This document shows positions 1 through 8,594 of a stretch of DNA of 42,376 nt, piece by piece (position 1 is the first letter of the stretch; the number at the start of each line of letters is the position of its first letter). The DNA is from a virus (lineage: Duplodnaviria > Heunggongvirae > Uroviricota > Caudoviricetes). Where the stretch lies: IMG/VR virus record IMGVR_UViG_2778261452_000001, one strand, 5' to 3'. A program made the translations under genes and the position numbers. The notes beneath the pieces were generated by a model. That model worked only from the letters and a program-made list of their open reading frames with translations, was not told the origin of the DNA and searched no databases.

Positions 1-14
1 CAGGAGCTGAAAAT

Positions 15-101
15 ATGAACACGGCATTCAAAATCATTATGGCCGCGATCTATTTCTGGCTGTTCTCTATCACTTTTGGCGGCATCGTCGCGCATGGGTA
101 A
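15..101 (+). CDS. small hydrophobic peptide (28 aa, one predicted TM helix), hypothetical
   Basis: ATG at 15 preceded by CAGGAG at 1-6; translates MNTAFKIIMAAIYFWLFSITFGGIVAHG; TAA at 99-101; sits just before the SD of the 111 gene; below ORF-track size cutoff. Confidence 0.3.
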   Translation: MNTAFKIIMAAIYFWLFSITFGGIVAHG

Positions 102-110
102 GGGGGATGC

Positions 111-836
111 ATGAAAGGCGAAGTGAAAGAGCGCGGCATGATTTTCAACGATGAGATGGTCCGAGCCATCCTCGAAGGAAGGAAAACGCAGACGCGGCGG
201 ATAATGAAAAATCAGCCTGCGGAAGTTGGTCCAGAAGCACCAGTGATGGTTAGGGAAATTGGTGCAGGTTTTCAGTGGTACGGGGCTGATGGTGTAAGCA
301 GTGTTTTCAATTGCCCCTTTGGTATCGTCGGCGATCGAATTTGGGTTCGTGAAACATGGGCGATATTAGGCAATGAAGATGGTTGCAGTGTGGACTGGAA
401 CGACAACCTTTGTCGTGGCGATGAGAAGAACGCAGCAAGGATTTATCGGGCCAGTTGTGAGCAAAAGCCTGGTGATTACGGTTTATGGTCGATACCCGAT
501 GATGCCGACTGGAAACCTCACACTGTGAATGAAAAGTTTGATGGTGGGTGGCGTCCATCAATTCACATGCCGCGATGGGCATCACGCATCCTGTTGGAAA
601 TTACCAACGTGCGCGTTGAGCGGTTGAACAATATCAGCGAATGCGATGCAAGGGATGAGGGCGTTCCGCCTGCTGGAAGTTTGCTTCCTGATCACCCGGG
701 AACATTCCTTACTCCCAAGGGGGATTTCGCAATGGCCAAGGTTGCGTTCCAGCGCCTGTGGGAATCCATCTATGGTGAAGAAAGCTGGAACGCTAATCCC
801 TGGGTGTGGGTAATCGAGTTTGAGCGTATTCAGTAG
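111..836 (+). CDS. conserved phage protein of unknown function (possibly ASCH/PUA-like fold)
   Basis: 241-aa ORF, ATG with AAGGGGGA SD upstream; N-terminal MIFNDEMVRAILEGRKTQTRR motif recalled from prophage proteins; first gene of a coupled + strand operon. Confidence 0.6.
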   Translation: MKGEVKERGMIFNDEMVRAILEGRKTQTRRIMKNQPAEVGPEAPVMVREIGAGFQWYGADGVSSVFNCPFGIVGDRIWVRETWAILGNEDGCSVDWNDNLCRGDEKNAARIYRASCEQKPGDYGLWSIPDDADWKPHTVNEKFDGGWRPSIHMPRWASRILLEITNVRVERLNNISECDARDEGVPPAGSLLPDHPGTFLTPKGDFAMAKVAFQRLWESIYGEESWNANPWVWVIEFERIQ

Positions 837-1476
837 GGCGAGCGTATGCAATCTGTTATTTGATACTGGTACTTATGCGGTGCACACGCCCGGTGATGAA
901 CGATGTGAAGACGTTATCAAATGGACCGGCTTTGATGGACAGAAAAATGCAGAGAACAACGCTCGTCATGTTGCCGCGTTCAACCCAAAGGTTGCACTGG
1001 AGCTGCTTGGTGAAATTAAGTGCTTGGAGGACACAAATATTGATGCCACGTGCCGAATTTCAGAGCTTGAGACTAATCTCGCTGCGCTGGTGGCAGAGAA
1101 CGCTGGGCTGAAACACGCAATGGCCGTAACTCTTGAGCATGTGTCGGTCACGGATGCAGGGCAGGCCGGAGTTGCTGCAATGATTATCAACGATGCCCTG
1201 CACCACAGCGAAACCCCAGCAACCGATGCTTTTCTGGCTGAAGGGAGGACTGAAGCACGCAAGGAAGGCGCTTATTTTGTGGCGAACAGAATGTTGGCTG
1301 CCTGGAAAGCTGGTTTTATTGATGATACTGCGAAGAACGCCGCGGATATTGCCCGGATGATTCTTACCTCTACTGAGTTTATGGCTAATGCGCCGGAAAG
1401 CCATTTTGATCGCTCATTCTCTGATGGCGTTCTCGAAGATATCGCCGAACAGCTTCGTAAAGGAGTCATCCAATGA
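820..1476 (+). CDS. hypothetical phage protein, tandem paralogue A (AAFNPKVAL motif)
   Basis: 218-aa ORF overlapping upstream gene end; TTG start at 820 uncertain (GTG at ~880 alternative); shares NARHVAAFNPKVALELL motif with next gene. Confidence 0.5.
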   Translation: MSVFSRASVCNLLFDTGTYAVHTPGDERCEDVIKWTGFDGQKNAENNARHVAAFNPKVALELLGEIKCLEDTNIDATCRISELETNLAALVAENAGLKHAMAVTLEHVSVTDAGQAGVAAMIINDALHHSETPATDAFLAEGRTEARKEGAYFVANRMLAAWKAGFIDDTAKNAADIARMILTSTEFMANAPESHFDRSFSDGVLEDIAEQLRKGVIQ

Positions 1477-2126
1477 GCAAGATTGACTATCAGGCACTGC
1501 GTGAGGCGGCAGAGAAAGCAACGTGGGGAGACTGGGACTCATATAAACCACACCGTGGCGCACGTGGTTATGAGGTCCGACTAAGTAGTCAGGCCATTGC
1601 GCAACACGTTCTGAAAAACAATGCTGAATTTATTGCCGCCTTTAATCCAAAGGTTGCTTTGGCACTACTGGATGAACGGGAAAGAAACCAGCAATACATA
1701 AAACGCCGCGATCAGGAGAACGAGGATATTGCGCTAACGGTAGGGAAGCTGTTAATCGAAAACGGTCAGCTTGTTGCCGATACGCTACGCCACTTAGCTG
1801 ATAACGAAATCGACTCTGATTATTTTGCTATCACCTCAACGAATGAGAACGGTACTGAAATTGATCATGAGATGGCTATTACCGATTACGCACTGCAAGC
1901 TGCCGGAACTGTAGACGAATTGGTTGCAGCGCTGGAATCCGCAGAGAAGCGCATAGCAGAACTGTCTGCTAGCCACAGCAAATTGCGCGACACAATGGCT
2001 GGCATCCACAACACAATCCGAATGGATGGCGGCTATACGCCACTGGCAGCAATCCTTAACGCTGCTAAACGCGCATATGAAGAATCAGCAAGCGCAGCTG
2101 GCATTCGCATCAAAGGAGGTGAGTAA
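1473..2126 (+). CDS. hypothetical phage protein, tandem paralogue B (AAFNPKVAL motif)
   Basis: 217-aa ORF, ATG with AAAGGAG SD, start overlaps upstream stop (ATGA); motif NNAEFIAAFNPKVALALL matches paralogue A. Confidence 0.6.
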   Translation: MSKIDYQALREAAEKATWGDWDSYKPHRGARGYEVRLSSQAIAQHVLKNNAEFIAAFNPKVALALLDERERNQQYIKRRDQENEDIALTVGKLLIENGQLVADTLRHLADNEIDSDYFAITSTNENGTEIDHEMAITDYALQAAGTVDELVAALESAEKRIAELSASHSKLRDTMAGIHNTIRMDGGYTPLAAILNAAKRAYEESASAAGIRIKGGE

Positions 2127-2298
2127 TGCGTGTGGCATGTATCGGCTTGTTACCGTACCCGACTCGTTTTTGGGCTTCTGCGCTAATTGCGAAGCCGCAT
2201 GTCCTGATGGCTGACAACATCATCCCGGCACCAAAGCGCCGCCATACCGGTATTGCGGCTGCACGACGCGAAGCAAAGAAACGCAGGAGAGCAAAACG

Positions 2299-2487
2299 AT
2301 GAAAAACCGTAAAGCAAAGATTCTGTTAGTTCGTAGAAACGCTCCTGGCGTCTGGCAGTGGGTGAGACTCAGCAACCGACGGATGGGGTTGATGAAATAT
2401 TACGGGATGATGGATTGTGGTTTTTGCAAAAAGCCCAGCGCGGCGCAAAACCGCTGGAAAAACCACTTGCGCACTAAAGGAGAGTGA
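2299..2487 (+). CDS. small basic hypothetical protein
   Basis: 62-aa ORF ending 1 nt before next gene ATG; no recognisable domain. Confidence 0.3.
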   Translation: MKNRKAKILLVRRNAPGVWQWVRLSNRRMGLMKYYGMMDCGFCKKPSAAQNRWKNHLRTKGE

Positions 2488-2488
2488 T

Positions 2489-3004
2489 ATGGCGTTAACA
2501 CACCGCGAACTCTGTCAGATTGCGTATAAGTTCCTTAAGCGCAACGGGTTCAAGGTTTGTTTTCATGACCGCTTTATAGCTGTAACCAGTACCGGAGAAC
2601 AGCCAGATGCTATGGGATTCAGAAATTCAGCATCATGCCTGATAGAAGCGAAGTGTTCTCGTGCTGACTTGTTAGCAGATAGAAAAAAGCGTTTTCGTAA
2701 AAATCCGTCTCTTGGAATGGGCGACTGGCGATTCTTTATTAGTGAGCCGGGAATTATTTCAATTGAGGATTTACCACCTGGCTGGGGATTACTTCACGTT
2801 GTTAACGGAAGAGTACGGAAAGTACATGGGTGGCCCAAGGGTAATTGCTGTTGGGGGAATCCTGACGATAAGCCATTTACTGGAAATAAGCAGGTTGAAT
2901 GCGATTACATGTTATCTGCATTAAGGCGCATGGAGTTGAGAGGGCACCTTAATGAAATATATGACGGTGTAATTGTTAATAAGAAAGAAGGAAACGCGGC
3001 ATGA
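2489..3004 (+). CDS. hypothetical protein with PD-(D/E)xK nuclease-like motif
   Basis: ATG at 2489 with AAAGGAGAGTGAT SD (ORF-track start 2417 is an upstream in-frame extension); D...LIEAKCS resembles D-x(n)-E-x-K. Confidence 0.5.
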   Translation: MALTHRELCQIAYKFLKRNGFKVCFHDRFIAVTSTGEQPDAMGFRNSASCLIEAKCSRADLLADRKKRFRKNPSLGMGDWRFFISEPGIISIEDLPPGWGLLHVVNGRVRKVHGWPKGNCCWGNPDDKPFTGNKQVECDYMLSALRRMELRGHLNEIYDGVIVNKKEGNAA

Positions 3005-3396
3005 TCACTATTACCAAAGAGCGACTACTGACAATCAAGCAGTGGCGCGAAACATACGGACCTGGTAGCAACGTTGTACTGCCAGCAGAAGAAGCGGAAG
3101 AACTGGCACGAATTGCTCTGGCAGCGCTGGAAGTCGAGCCGATAGGTTTCCGTTGCAGGCGCAATGATAACCTTGGTGATTGGAGTTACGTATATCATCG
3201 AGAGCCAGATGATTTTGAGCGCAAACATTTAGTGATAGAGGGTATTTACGCCGCCCCTCCAGCGCAAGTAGTACCGGAAGAAAAACCAATGCCTAATCCT
3301 CTTAGCATGTACGCGGTTGATGCTGTTGCCGCTATTGCAGAGGTGAGAGGCTGGAACGCCTGCCGTGCCGCTATGCTTCAGGGGAAAGGAGAGTGA
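3001..3396 (+). CDS. hypothetical phage protein, short paralogue of the 3606 gene
   Basis: 131-aa ORF; N-terminus MITITKERLL and C-terminal GWNACRAAMLQ match the N-terminus and an internal stretch of the 3606..4490 product; ATGA overlap with upstream stop. Confidence 0.55.
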   Translation: MITITKERLLTIKQWRETYGPGSNVVLPAEEAEELARIALAALEVEPIGFRCRRNDNLGDWSYVYHREPDDFERKHLVIEGIYAAPPAQVVPEEKPMPNPLSMYAVDAVAAIAEVRGWNACRAAMLQGKGE

Positions 3397-3397
3397 T

Positions 3398-3595
3398 ATG
3401 GACAAAAACACACCTGCTTACTGGAGTTTATCACTTGATACTGAATGCCCAAAATGCGGCCACAATTTCGATCTGCTTTGCGATGCTGATTTCTGGGAAT
3501 TTTCTGGAGCAAAACAGGCATGTGAAGAAATAAAAGGTTACGAAACATGCTGCCCAGAATGTAACCATGAATTTAAAACAGATTTTGTGTATTGA
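3398..3595 (+). CDS. small zinc-ribbon protein (CPKCG...CPEC)
   Basis: ATG at 3398 preceded by the same AAAGGAGAGTGAT SD seen at 2476-2488; two Cys pairs CxxC ~40 aa apart. Confidence 0.5.
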   Translation: MDKNTPAYWSLSLDTECPKCGHNFDLLCDADFWEFSGAKQACEEIKGYETCCPECNHEFKTDFVY

Positions 3596-3605
3596 GGCAT
3601 AACGA

Positions 3606-4490
3606 ATGACCACTTTTACTAAAGAACAATTAATAGAGATGATTAAGCGCAATATAACGGTTATGGATCGTTATCCTGATTTAGTAACTGCACAAATGGA
3701 TCTGGAAGTATACAAAATTGCGCTGGCATCACTGGAAGCAGAACCAGTTGCTTATATTTTCAAACATCCGGCCGGGAAATTATTCTGGGCTTTAACGGAT
3801 GAAAGCAATAAAGAGCAACCGGACGTTATTCCTGTTTATGCTGACTCACCCGCGCCGGTTGTGCCGGATGAAATAGACGTAAACGATGTGCCAAGGGCGG
3901 TGACATATTTCAAGACACACAGAGATTGTTACGCAGATGGCTGGAACGCCTGCCGCGCCGCCATGCTTCAGTCCGGAAACTTTCGGGAAAACAAGAATTC
4001 GTCAACCAATAATTTTCGGGAAATCGCGGAAACGTCAACCAACTATCCGGTAATTCCTAGTGAGGTGTTGTCCGCAATCCAGAAGGTTGCCAAGATTCGT
4101 GCCGATTTCGATGATTTTGACGGTGACAGGCGAGGTATCGGTGATTGTCTGGATGAGGCTGAGCAAGAGCTTATCGTTACCATTAACAAATATGCCAGTC
4201 AGTTGGCAGCAGAACCTATAGCGCCTAATGACGTTCGAGAGCAGACAGCCATTCCGCAAGTTCCGGTAACTCCGGATGGTTGGATAAGCTGTAGTGAGCG
4301 AATGCCGAATACCAAAACAGCCGTTCTTGTTGCCGTGGAGTTTGACAGGAAAGGTGACTGGCGAATGAAATGGGCTACTTACATCCCGGGGCATCCTGAC
4401 GCTAATGATGGGTGGATAATTCCTGGTGCGTCGTGGAAACCGTCACACTGGATGCCGCTACCAGAACCGCCGCAGGAGGTGAATCAATGA
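3606..4490 (+). CDS. phage protein with C-terminal DUF551-like domain
   Basis: 294-aa ORF; C-terminal W-rich region ...DGWIIPGASWKPSHWMPLPEPP recalled as DUF551-type; shares DNA and protein repeat with the 3001 gene. Confidence 0.6.
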   Translation: MTTFTKEQLIEMIKRNITVMDRYPDLVTAQMDLEVYKIALASLEAEPVAYIFKHPAGKLFWALTDESNKEQPDVIPVYADSPAPVVPDEIDVNDVPRAVTYFKTHRDCYADGWNACRAAMLQSGNFRENKNSSTNNFREIAETSTNYPVIPSEVLSAIQKVAKIRADFDDFDGDRRGIGDCLDEAEQELIVTINKYASQLAAEPIAPNDVREQTAIPQVPVTPDGWISCSERMPNTKTAVLVAVEFDRKGDWRMKWATYIPGHPDANDGWIIPGASWKPSHWMPLPEPPQEVNQ

Positions 4491-4570
4491 GCTGGCCTGA
4501 AGCATTCACCACGGTAGGAATTGTGATGGCGGCAGCACTGGGTTTGTATTCAATTTGTCGCTGGTGGTAA
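4487..4570 (+). CDS. small hydrophobic peptide (27 aa), hypothetical
   Basis: ATG at 4487 overlaps upstream TGA (ATGA); strong SD AGGAGGTG 6 nt upstream; translates MSWPEAFTTVGIVMAAALGLYSICRWW. Confidence 0.3.
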   Translation: MSWPEAFTTVGIVMAAALGLYSICRWW

Positions 4571-4572
4571 CG

Positions 4573-4806
4573 ATGGGAAAAATAACTTTTGTAGTCGAAT
4601 TTGAGGATGGTAAAGAGCCACCTGTTAGCGCCAATCTTGATGTTGCTGGTGGCAGGCTTGTTTCGGTTCTATTTGGTGACTACCGAGATGATTTCTTCCA
4701 ACCAGAAGAAGTTGATGTGGTGCGAGAGGCATTAAACGAGTTAAGTGTTGATAACGATGATACTCATGCGGAAATCATCCAAAAAATGGAACTGCTAACT
4801 CACTAA
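4573..4806 (+). CDS. hypothetical acidic protein
   Basis: ATG at 4573 (ORF-track start 4555 is a GTG extension); 77 aa; follows small peptide ORF by 2 nt. Confidence 0.45.
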   Translation: MGKITFVVEFEDGKEPPVSANLDVAGGRLVSVLFGDYRDDFFQPEEVDVVREALNELSVDNDDTHAEIIQKMELLTH

Positions 4807-4854
4807 ATTATCAATTATGGTGCTATCACCTACGACACCGAGAGAAAATTTATA

Positions 4855-4977
4855 ATGTCAAAAGTAAATGTTTTGATTTTTTCAGCAATTGTTGGCTTTG
4901 GTTTTACTGCCGGAGTGCAGATTTATATTACGTGGGAAAAAATCATCAACTACGCATGGAGTTGTTTTATTAAGTGA
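4855..4977 (+). CDS. small hydrophobic peptide (40 aa), hypothetical
   Basis: ATG at 4855; translates MSKVNVLIFSAIVGFGFTAGVQIYITWEKIINYAWSCFIK; TGA at 4975-4977; AT-rich; weak SD. Confidence 0.25.
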   Translation: MSKVNVLIFSAIVGFGFTAGVQIYITWEKIINYAWSCFIK

Positions 4978-4984
4978 GGTAAGT

Positions 4985-5278
4985 ATGTGGAGAGGTAATA
5001 GTCATGGCAAAAGCCAGATGATACTTACCGAATATCAGCTCGACCACAAAACCAATAAATCACGTTCAGTATATTTGCTTCGCCACAATAGCCGCGTAAG
5101 GAATACCGTACTGGAGCAAAATCTGACCGTTGAAATGGATAATTACGGGGGCTTCAAGCCAACAATATCGCTTGATGATTTTCCTCGTGGTTTAAGCGAA
5201 AGAGAAGCAATGCTGAAATTAGCAGAATGGCTACAAAGATTAAGCATTGCTATTGAAGATAACTGGTCTGAACCTTAA
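4985..5278 (+). CDS. hypothetical protein
   Basis: ATG at 4985 with GTGAGGT SD; ORF-track entry 4889..5278 begins upstream at a non-ATG codon and overlaps the small peptide ORF. Confidence 0.4.
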   Translation: MWRGNSHGKSQMILTEYQLDHKTNKSRSVYLLRHNSRVRNTVLEQNLTVEMDNYGGFKPTISLDDFPRGLSEREAMLKLAEWLQRLSIAIEDNWSEP

Positions 5279-5284
5279 ATTAAT

Positions 5285-5659
5285 ATGATGACACTAAAAC
5301 ATTTTCTTGACCGCCCATTATGGGCGGCAGCCGCAGGCTATGACTTTAATTATATGGATTGCATGTCTTATACTGCCAATGCATACGACCATTCGTTCAG
5401 CCTGCTGTTTAATTCTTTAAGAATATTGCCGGAAACAGAAGTTGGAGAGCTTCATTTATGGATATTGGGCTTTATCGCGGCTGTCGTTGGTATTGCTGTA
5501 TGGCCTTTTATTTTCTGGCTGGTGGCTGTTGTAGTGTGGTTTAAGTGCAAGACATACCGGAGAAAGTATTTCTTAGGTGATGGAATGACTGATATTGCCA
5601 AAATGAACATTGAAAAATGGACTAAGGAATGTGAAAAGAAATGGCGCAAAAAGAAATGA
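5285..5659 (+). CDS. predicted membrane protein
   Basis: 124-aa ORF from ATG 5285; long hydrophobic stretch LWILGFIAAVVGIAVWPFIFWLVAVVVWF; lysine-rich C-terminus. Confidence 0.5.
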   Translation: MMTLKHFLDRPLWAAAAGYDFNYMDCMSYTANAYDHSFSLLFNSLRILPETEVGELHLWILGFIAAVVGIAVWPFIFWLVAVVVWFKCKTYRRKYFLGDGMTDIAKMNIEKWTKECEKKWRKKK

Positions 5660-6573
5660 CCAGAATCACTGAAGAGCGTATATCAGAGACTATTTCCCGT
5701 ATCGAAATGTATGGTCACGGTGCTGGATATACGGCAGATGAAGTATTGGCACTTGCCCAAATGGCTTTGGCGGCTTGCAAAGATGATAAAAAAATGAAGC
5801 TTATCGACTTGTTAGTGAAGGAGCTGCCTAAGTGCGGCGGGTGGCCTGATGGAATGAGTTATTGTTACCTACCCAGTGTCAATTTAATGGCACCATGCGC
5901 GACTTTTGCTTTTGGCTCAGACCACAAAAAAGACACTTTCTTTGGGCGCAATTTTTGTTGTGAGATTGAGCTTCCAATTGGTGACCTTGATAGCGATGAA
6001 TACCAGTCAGTTGTCACTCGCGAACAATACGAATCAGCTCTCATAGCGTCGCAGAAAGTCGAGTTCAATGGTGATGAACTTGAAAGTAAGACTTACAGGT
6101 TGGATTTTGGGCAATGGCTGGAACAGCAACGCGGGAAAATCGATGTGGACTGTGGTTGTGTGTCCACTGAAACATTCATGCACTGGCTGCGGGTAGCTTA
6201 CGAGGCTGGCAACTATCCGGACATTCCGGATAGTTCGGTGCCAGCGAAAGGAAAGGGCGTCCCCGGTGAACGTATCCGAATTAAGCCGCATGTTTATCGC
6301 GAACTGGTTAACCGCCTCCACGATACAGCGGTCAAGTGTGCTGGCACCCAGCAATTACGAGAAAGAATTAGCCGTGTTTTGGGCGACGTTATTACGCCAG
6401 ATCATCATAAACAAGCCGAGAAAAGTGACCTAGAAAGGTGTCACCTTGAGGCGGCATTAAACATTAAGCCGGGGCATACGCTTGGCATTATCGATGCTCT
6501 GTTGGTTCATAAGATGGCCATGGCTTTATTGCCGTTGGTGGATGCTGGCGATACAAGCGAGGGTGAAGTATGA
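5641..6573 (+). CDS. hypothetical protein
   Basis: 310-aa ORF overlapping upstream gene end; no recognisable motif. Confidence 0.55.
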   Translation: MAQKEMTRITEERISETISRIEMYGHGAGYTADEVLALAQMALAACKDDKKMKLIDLLVKELPKCGGWPDGMSYCYLPSVNLMAPCATFAFGSDHKKDTFFGRNFCCEIELPIGDLDSDEYQSVVTREQYESALIASQKVEFNGDELESKTYRLDFGQWLEQQRGKIDVDCGCVSTETFMHWLRVAYEAGNYPDIPDSSVPAKGKGVPGERIRIKPHVYRELVNRLHDTAVKCAGTQQLRERISRVLGDVITPDHHKQAEKSDLERCHLEAALNIKPGHTLGIIDALLVHKMAMALLPLVDAGDTSEGEV

Positions 6574-6576
6574 GAG

Positions 6577-6927
6577 TTGCACATCAAACACCTTGAAAGA
6601 ATTATCGAAAACGGTGAACTCTTAAGAGATCAGATGAGACGCACGGCAGAAGTCAGAGAGGCGATAATCCGCAGTCAGGCTGGTAAATTAAAGCAATTGT
6701 CAGAGATTAACGCGCTATACAAGAACAGACGTAACCGGGCGGCGCGGCGGCTTCAGAAAGCACGTAATGAAATTAAATTGGTGGAGGCAAAACTGAAAAA
6801 ACAGATTCAGCGTTACGATCAGCAAGATGCTTTTTATGCCGCCATCAAGGCGGCTGCTAATGAAATAGGCATCTGGAAGTTGCTGGTGGAGAAAGCAAAG
6901 ACGAAGTTAAATGCCAACGAAAGCTGA
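6577..6927 (+). CDS. hypothetical coiled-coil protein
   Basis: 116-aa ORF beginning 4 nt after upstream stop (TTG start); K/R/E-rich, helical heptad-like. Confidence 0.4.
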   Translation: MHIKHLERIIENGELLRDQMRRTAEVREAIIRSQAGKLKQLSEINALYKNRRNRAARRLQKARNEIKLVEAKLKKQIQRYDQQDAFYAAIKAAANEIGIWKLLVEKAKTKLNANES

Positions 6928-6983
6928 ACTACAGGTACCCACCAGCACATACAGAAAATGATTGTTTCCACATCAAGGAGATT

Positions 6984-7006
6984 TTAATGTTTCACTGAAA
7001 CATTAA
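6984..7006. repeat. perfect 23-bp palindrome TTAATGTTTCA-C-TGAAACATTAA
   Basis: Read directly: 11-bp arms are exact reverse complements around one central base; overlaps stop codon of the minus-strand small ORF 7004..7140; AAGGAG lies 7 nt upstream of an ATG inside it. Confidence 0.5.
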
Positions 7007-7140
7007 GTAAGCCAGTGCATAATTCCATTTTTTACTGACCTTAAAAGCAAAATCAAAACGATGATGAGGATAATAGCCAGAATCTGGCTAATAACAGGCG
7101 CATCTAAAAATGCACTCAGGAACTGAAAAAAAGCAGTCAT
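7004..7140 (-). CDS. small hydrophobic protein (45 aa), hypothetical
   Basis: Minus-strand ATG at 7140 with AAGGA SD ~9 nt upstream; translates MTAFFQFLSAFLDAPVISQILAIILIIVLILLLRSVKNGIMHWLT; lies alone in the 650-bp gap; below ORF-track cutoff. Confidence 0.3.
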
Positions 7141-7301
7141 TAAGGTGGTTCCTTGTCAAATGTAAAGGAGCACTTGCTCACGTTGACGTAGAAACCCAAC
7201 CCTTATATAGTTGGATTCGGTGAAAGAAAGTCGTTAACGTGAGCTTACGGCACATGTTTTCGGAACAACATCAGGGAACGGCTAATTCCTTGATGCGGGT
7301 G

Positions 7302-7320
7302 GGGTCTGTAATGCAGACCC
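7302..7320 (+). other. stem-loop GGGTCTG-TAATG-CAGACCC in non-coding gap
   Basis: 7-bp perfect inverted repeat with 5-nt loop read directly; followed by T-containing sequence; possible terminator or small RNA element. Confidence 0.3.
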
Positions 7321-7577
7321 TATCTATTAACGTCATGATTGCATCTCAAATTTTCTCCTTATCTTCATTAATCAAAATTCATTTCATTTGTGAAACATCA
7401 CAATATTTAGAAAATGGCCCTCTTGCAAGTGCATAACTTTGTGGATAAATCAGGAAGAAAAAAGTTGATTCTGCGCACGGCAAGGCAGATAAGCTGTGCA
7501 CAAAAATCAATGGGAGAAGAAAAAAAATTAAAAGTTACTTTGCTGGTTAAATAATAGTCGTTACTCAATTATTCTGG

Positions 7578-7841
7578 ATGGGATTTGATATGTACGATTG
7601 GAATATTGCAGCTAAAAGTCAGGAAGAACGGGATAAGGTTAACGTTGATCTGGCTGCCAGCGGTGTGGCGTACAAAGAGCGATTGAACATACCTGTCATA
7701 GCTGAACAGGTAGCCCGCGAGCAACCAGAGAATCTGCGCACCTATTTCATGGAACGGCTACGGCACTACCGGCAGTTAAGCCTCCAGTTGCCAAAAGGGA
7801 GCGATCCGGCATATCAGAAAGATGATGCCGTAAAGAAATAG
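7578..7841 (+). CDS. hot: Hot, homologue of DNA polymerase III theta subunit (HolE)
   Basis: 87-aa product; [36 protein letters not shown] aligns with recalled E. coli theta ([37 protein letters not shown]); position matches P1 hot. Confidence 0.8.
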   Translation: MGFDMYDWNIAAKSQEERDKVNVDLAASGVAYKERLNIPVIAEQVAREQPENLRTYFMERLRHYRQLSLQLPKGSDPAYQKDDAVKK

Positions 7842-7847
7842 CGGTAG

Positions 7848-8420
7848 TTAACCGTTTTGAACTTCTCGTATCTTGGCAATGACAGCTTCATGCTGGGCTT
7901 GGATAGCGGCTTTTTCGTTTTCAAGTCGGGCAATAGACATCTCTAATTCTTTGCTGTACCAGGCGAGTTGGGCCAGGTTCATCCGGTTGTGGTCGAGAGT
8001 TGGAGACACTTCGACGCGCTCCCTTTCTTCCTGCTTTAATGAGAAGAGATTCATCTCATCCCTTGAGGAAAATTCAGCAACAATTTCTTGTTGATGATCC
8101 GGTCGCTGCGGCATCCTCGCCAGTATAAATGGCGGTTCTTTTGAAAACATGAATGTCGGCTGTGACCGTGTTTTCACCCATCTAGCCTGCTGTCTTTCGG
8201 CAAGTTCACAGGCTTCATCATAGTTATTTGCCAAACCAAGCACGGATGGACGGTCCCACGCGCCACCATTCAGACAATAAACAACAATTTTCCCGTCATG
8301 TTCTGTAACCCCATAGGGATGGTCCCACCAGGCGTCCAGCTGAGCTTTAGAGCGTTTCTCGTTAGGAGTGCAGTCAAAATTTTTGGGCAATACAGGATCG
8401 AGAGGAATGCGATTAGGCAT
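7848..8420 (-). CDS. lxr: LexA-regulated protein candidate (P1 lxr position)
   Basis: 190-aa minus-strand ORF, ATG at 8420 with AAGGA SD; divergent from humD across a LexA box; symbol by synteny only. Confidence 0.5.
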   Translation of the reverse strand: MPNRIPLDPVLPKNFDCTPNEKRSKAQLDAWWDHPYGVTEHDGKIVVYCLNGGAWDRPSVLGLANNYDEACELAERQQARWVKTRSQPTFMFSKEPPFILARMPQRPDHQQEIVAEFSSRDEMNLFSLKQEERERVEVSPTLDHNRMNLAQLAWYSKELEMSIARLENEKAAIQAQHEAVIAKIREVQNG

Positions 8421-8555
8421 AGCTAATTCCTTATTAACTGATTGGCAACGAGGTTACGCTGATCCGTTGGTGATGAATAGTAGCAAAGCGCACAAAATCA
8501 TCAGCGGTTGTTGATGTACGTAACGCGTTTGCACCAAAGGTGTCTCTTTAATGTA

Positions 8556-8575
8556 TACTGTATAAATGAACAGTA
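8556..8575. promoter_or_regulatory. LexA (SOS) box TACTGTATAAATGAACAGTA
   Basis: CTGT-N8-ACAG with AT-rich spacer read directly, in the divergent promoter region between lxr and humD. Confidence 0.8.
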
Positions 8576-8594
8576 TTATTGAGGTGAAAACGCT

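Noticed and set aside
7239-7436. 65-aa ORF in the non-coding gap
   Set aside because: Non-ATG start, no SD, crosses the stem-loop at 7302-7320; more likely non-coding leader or sRNA sequence.
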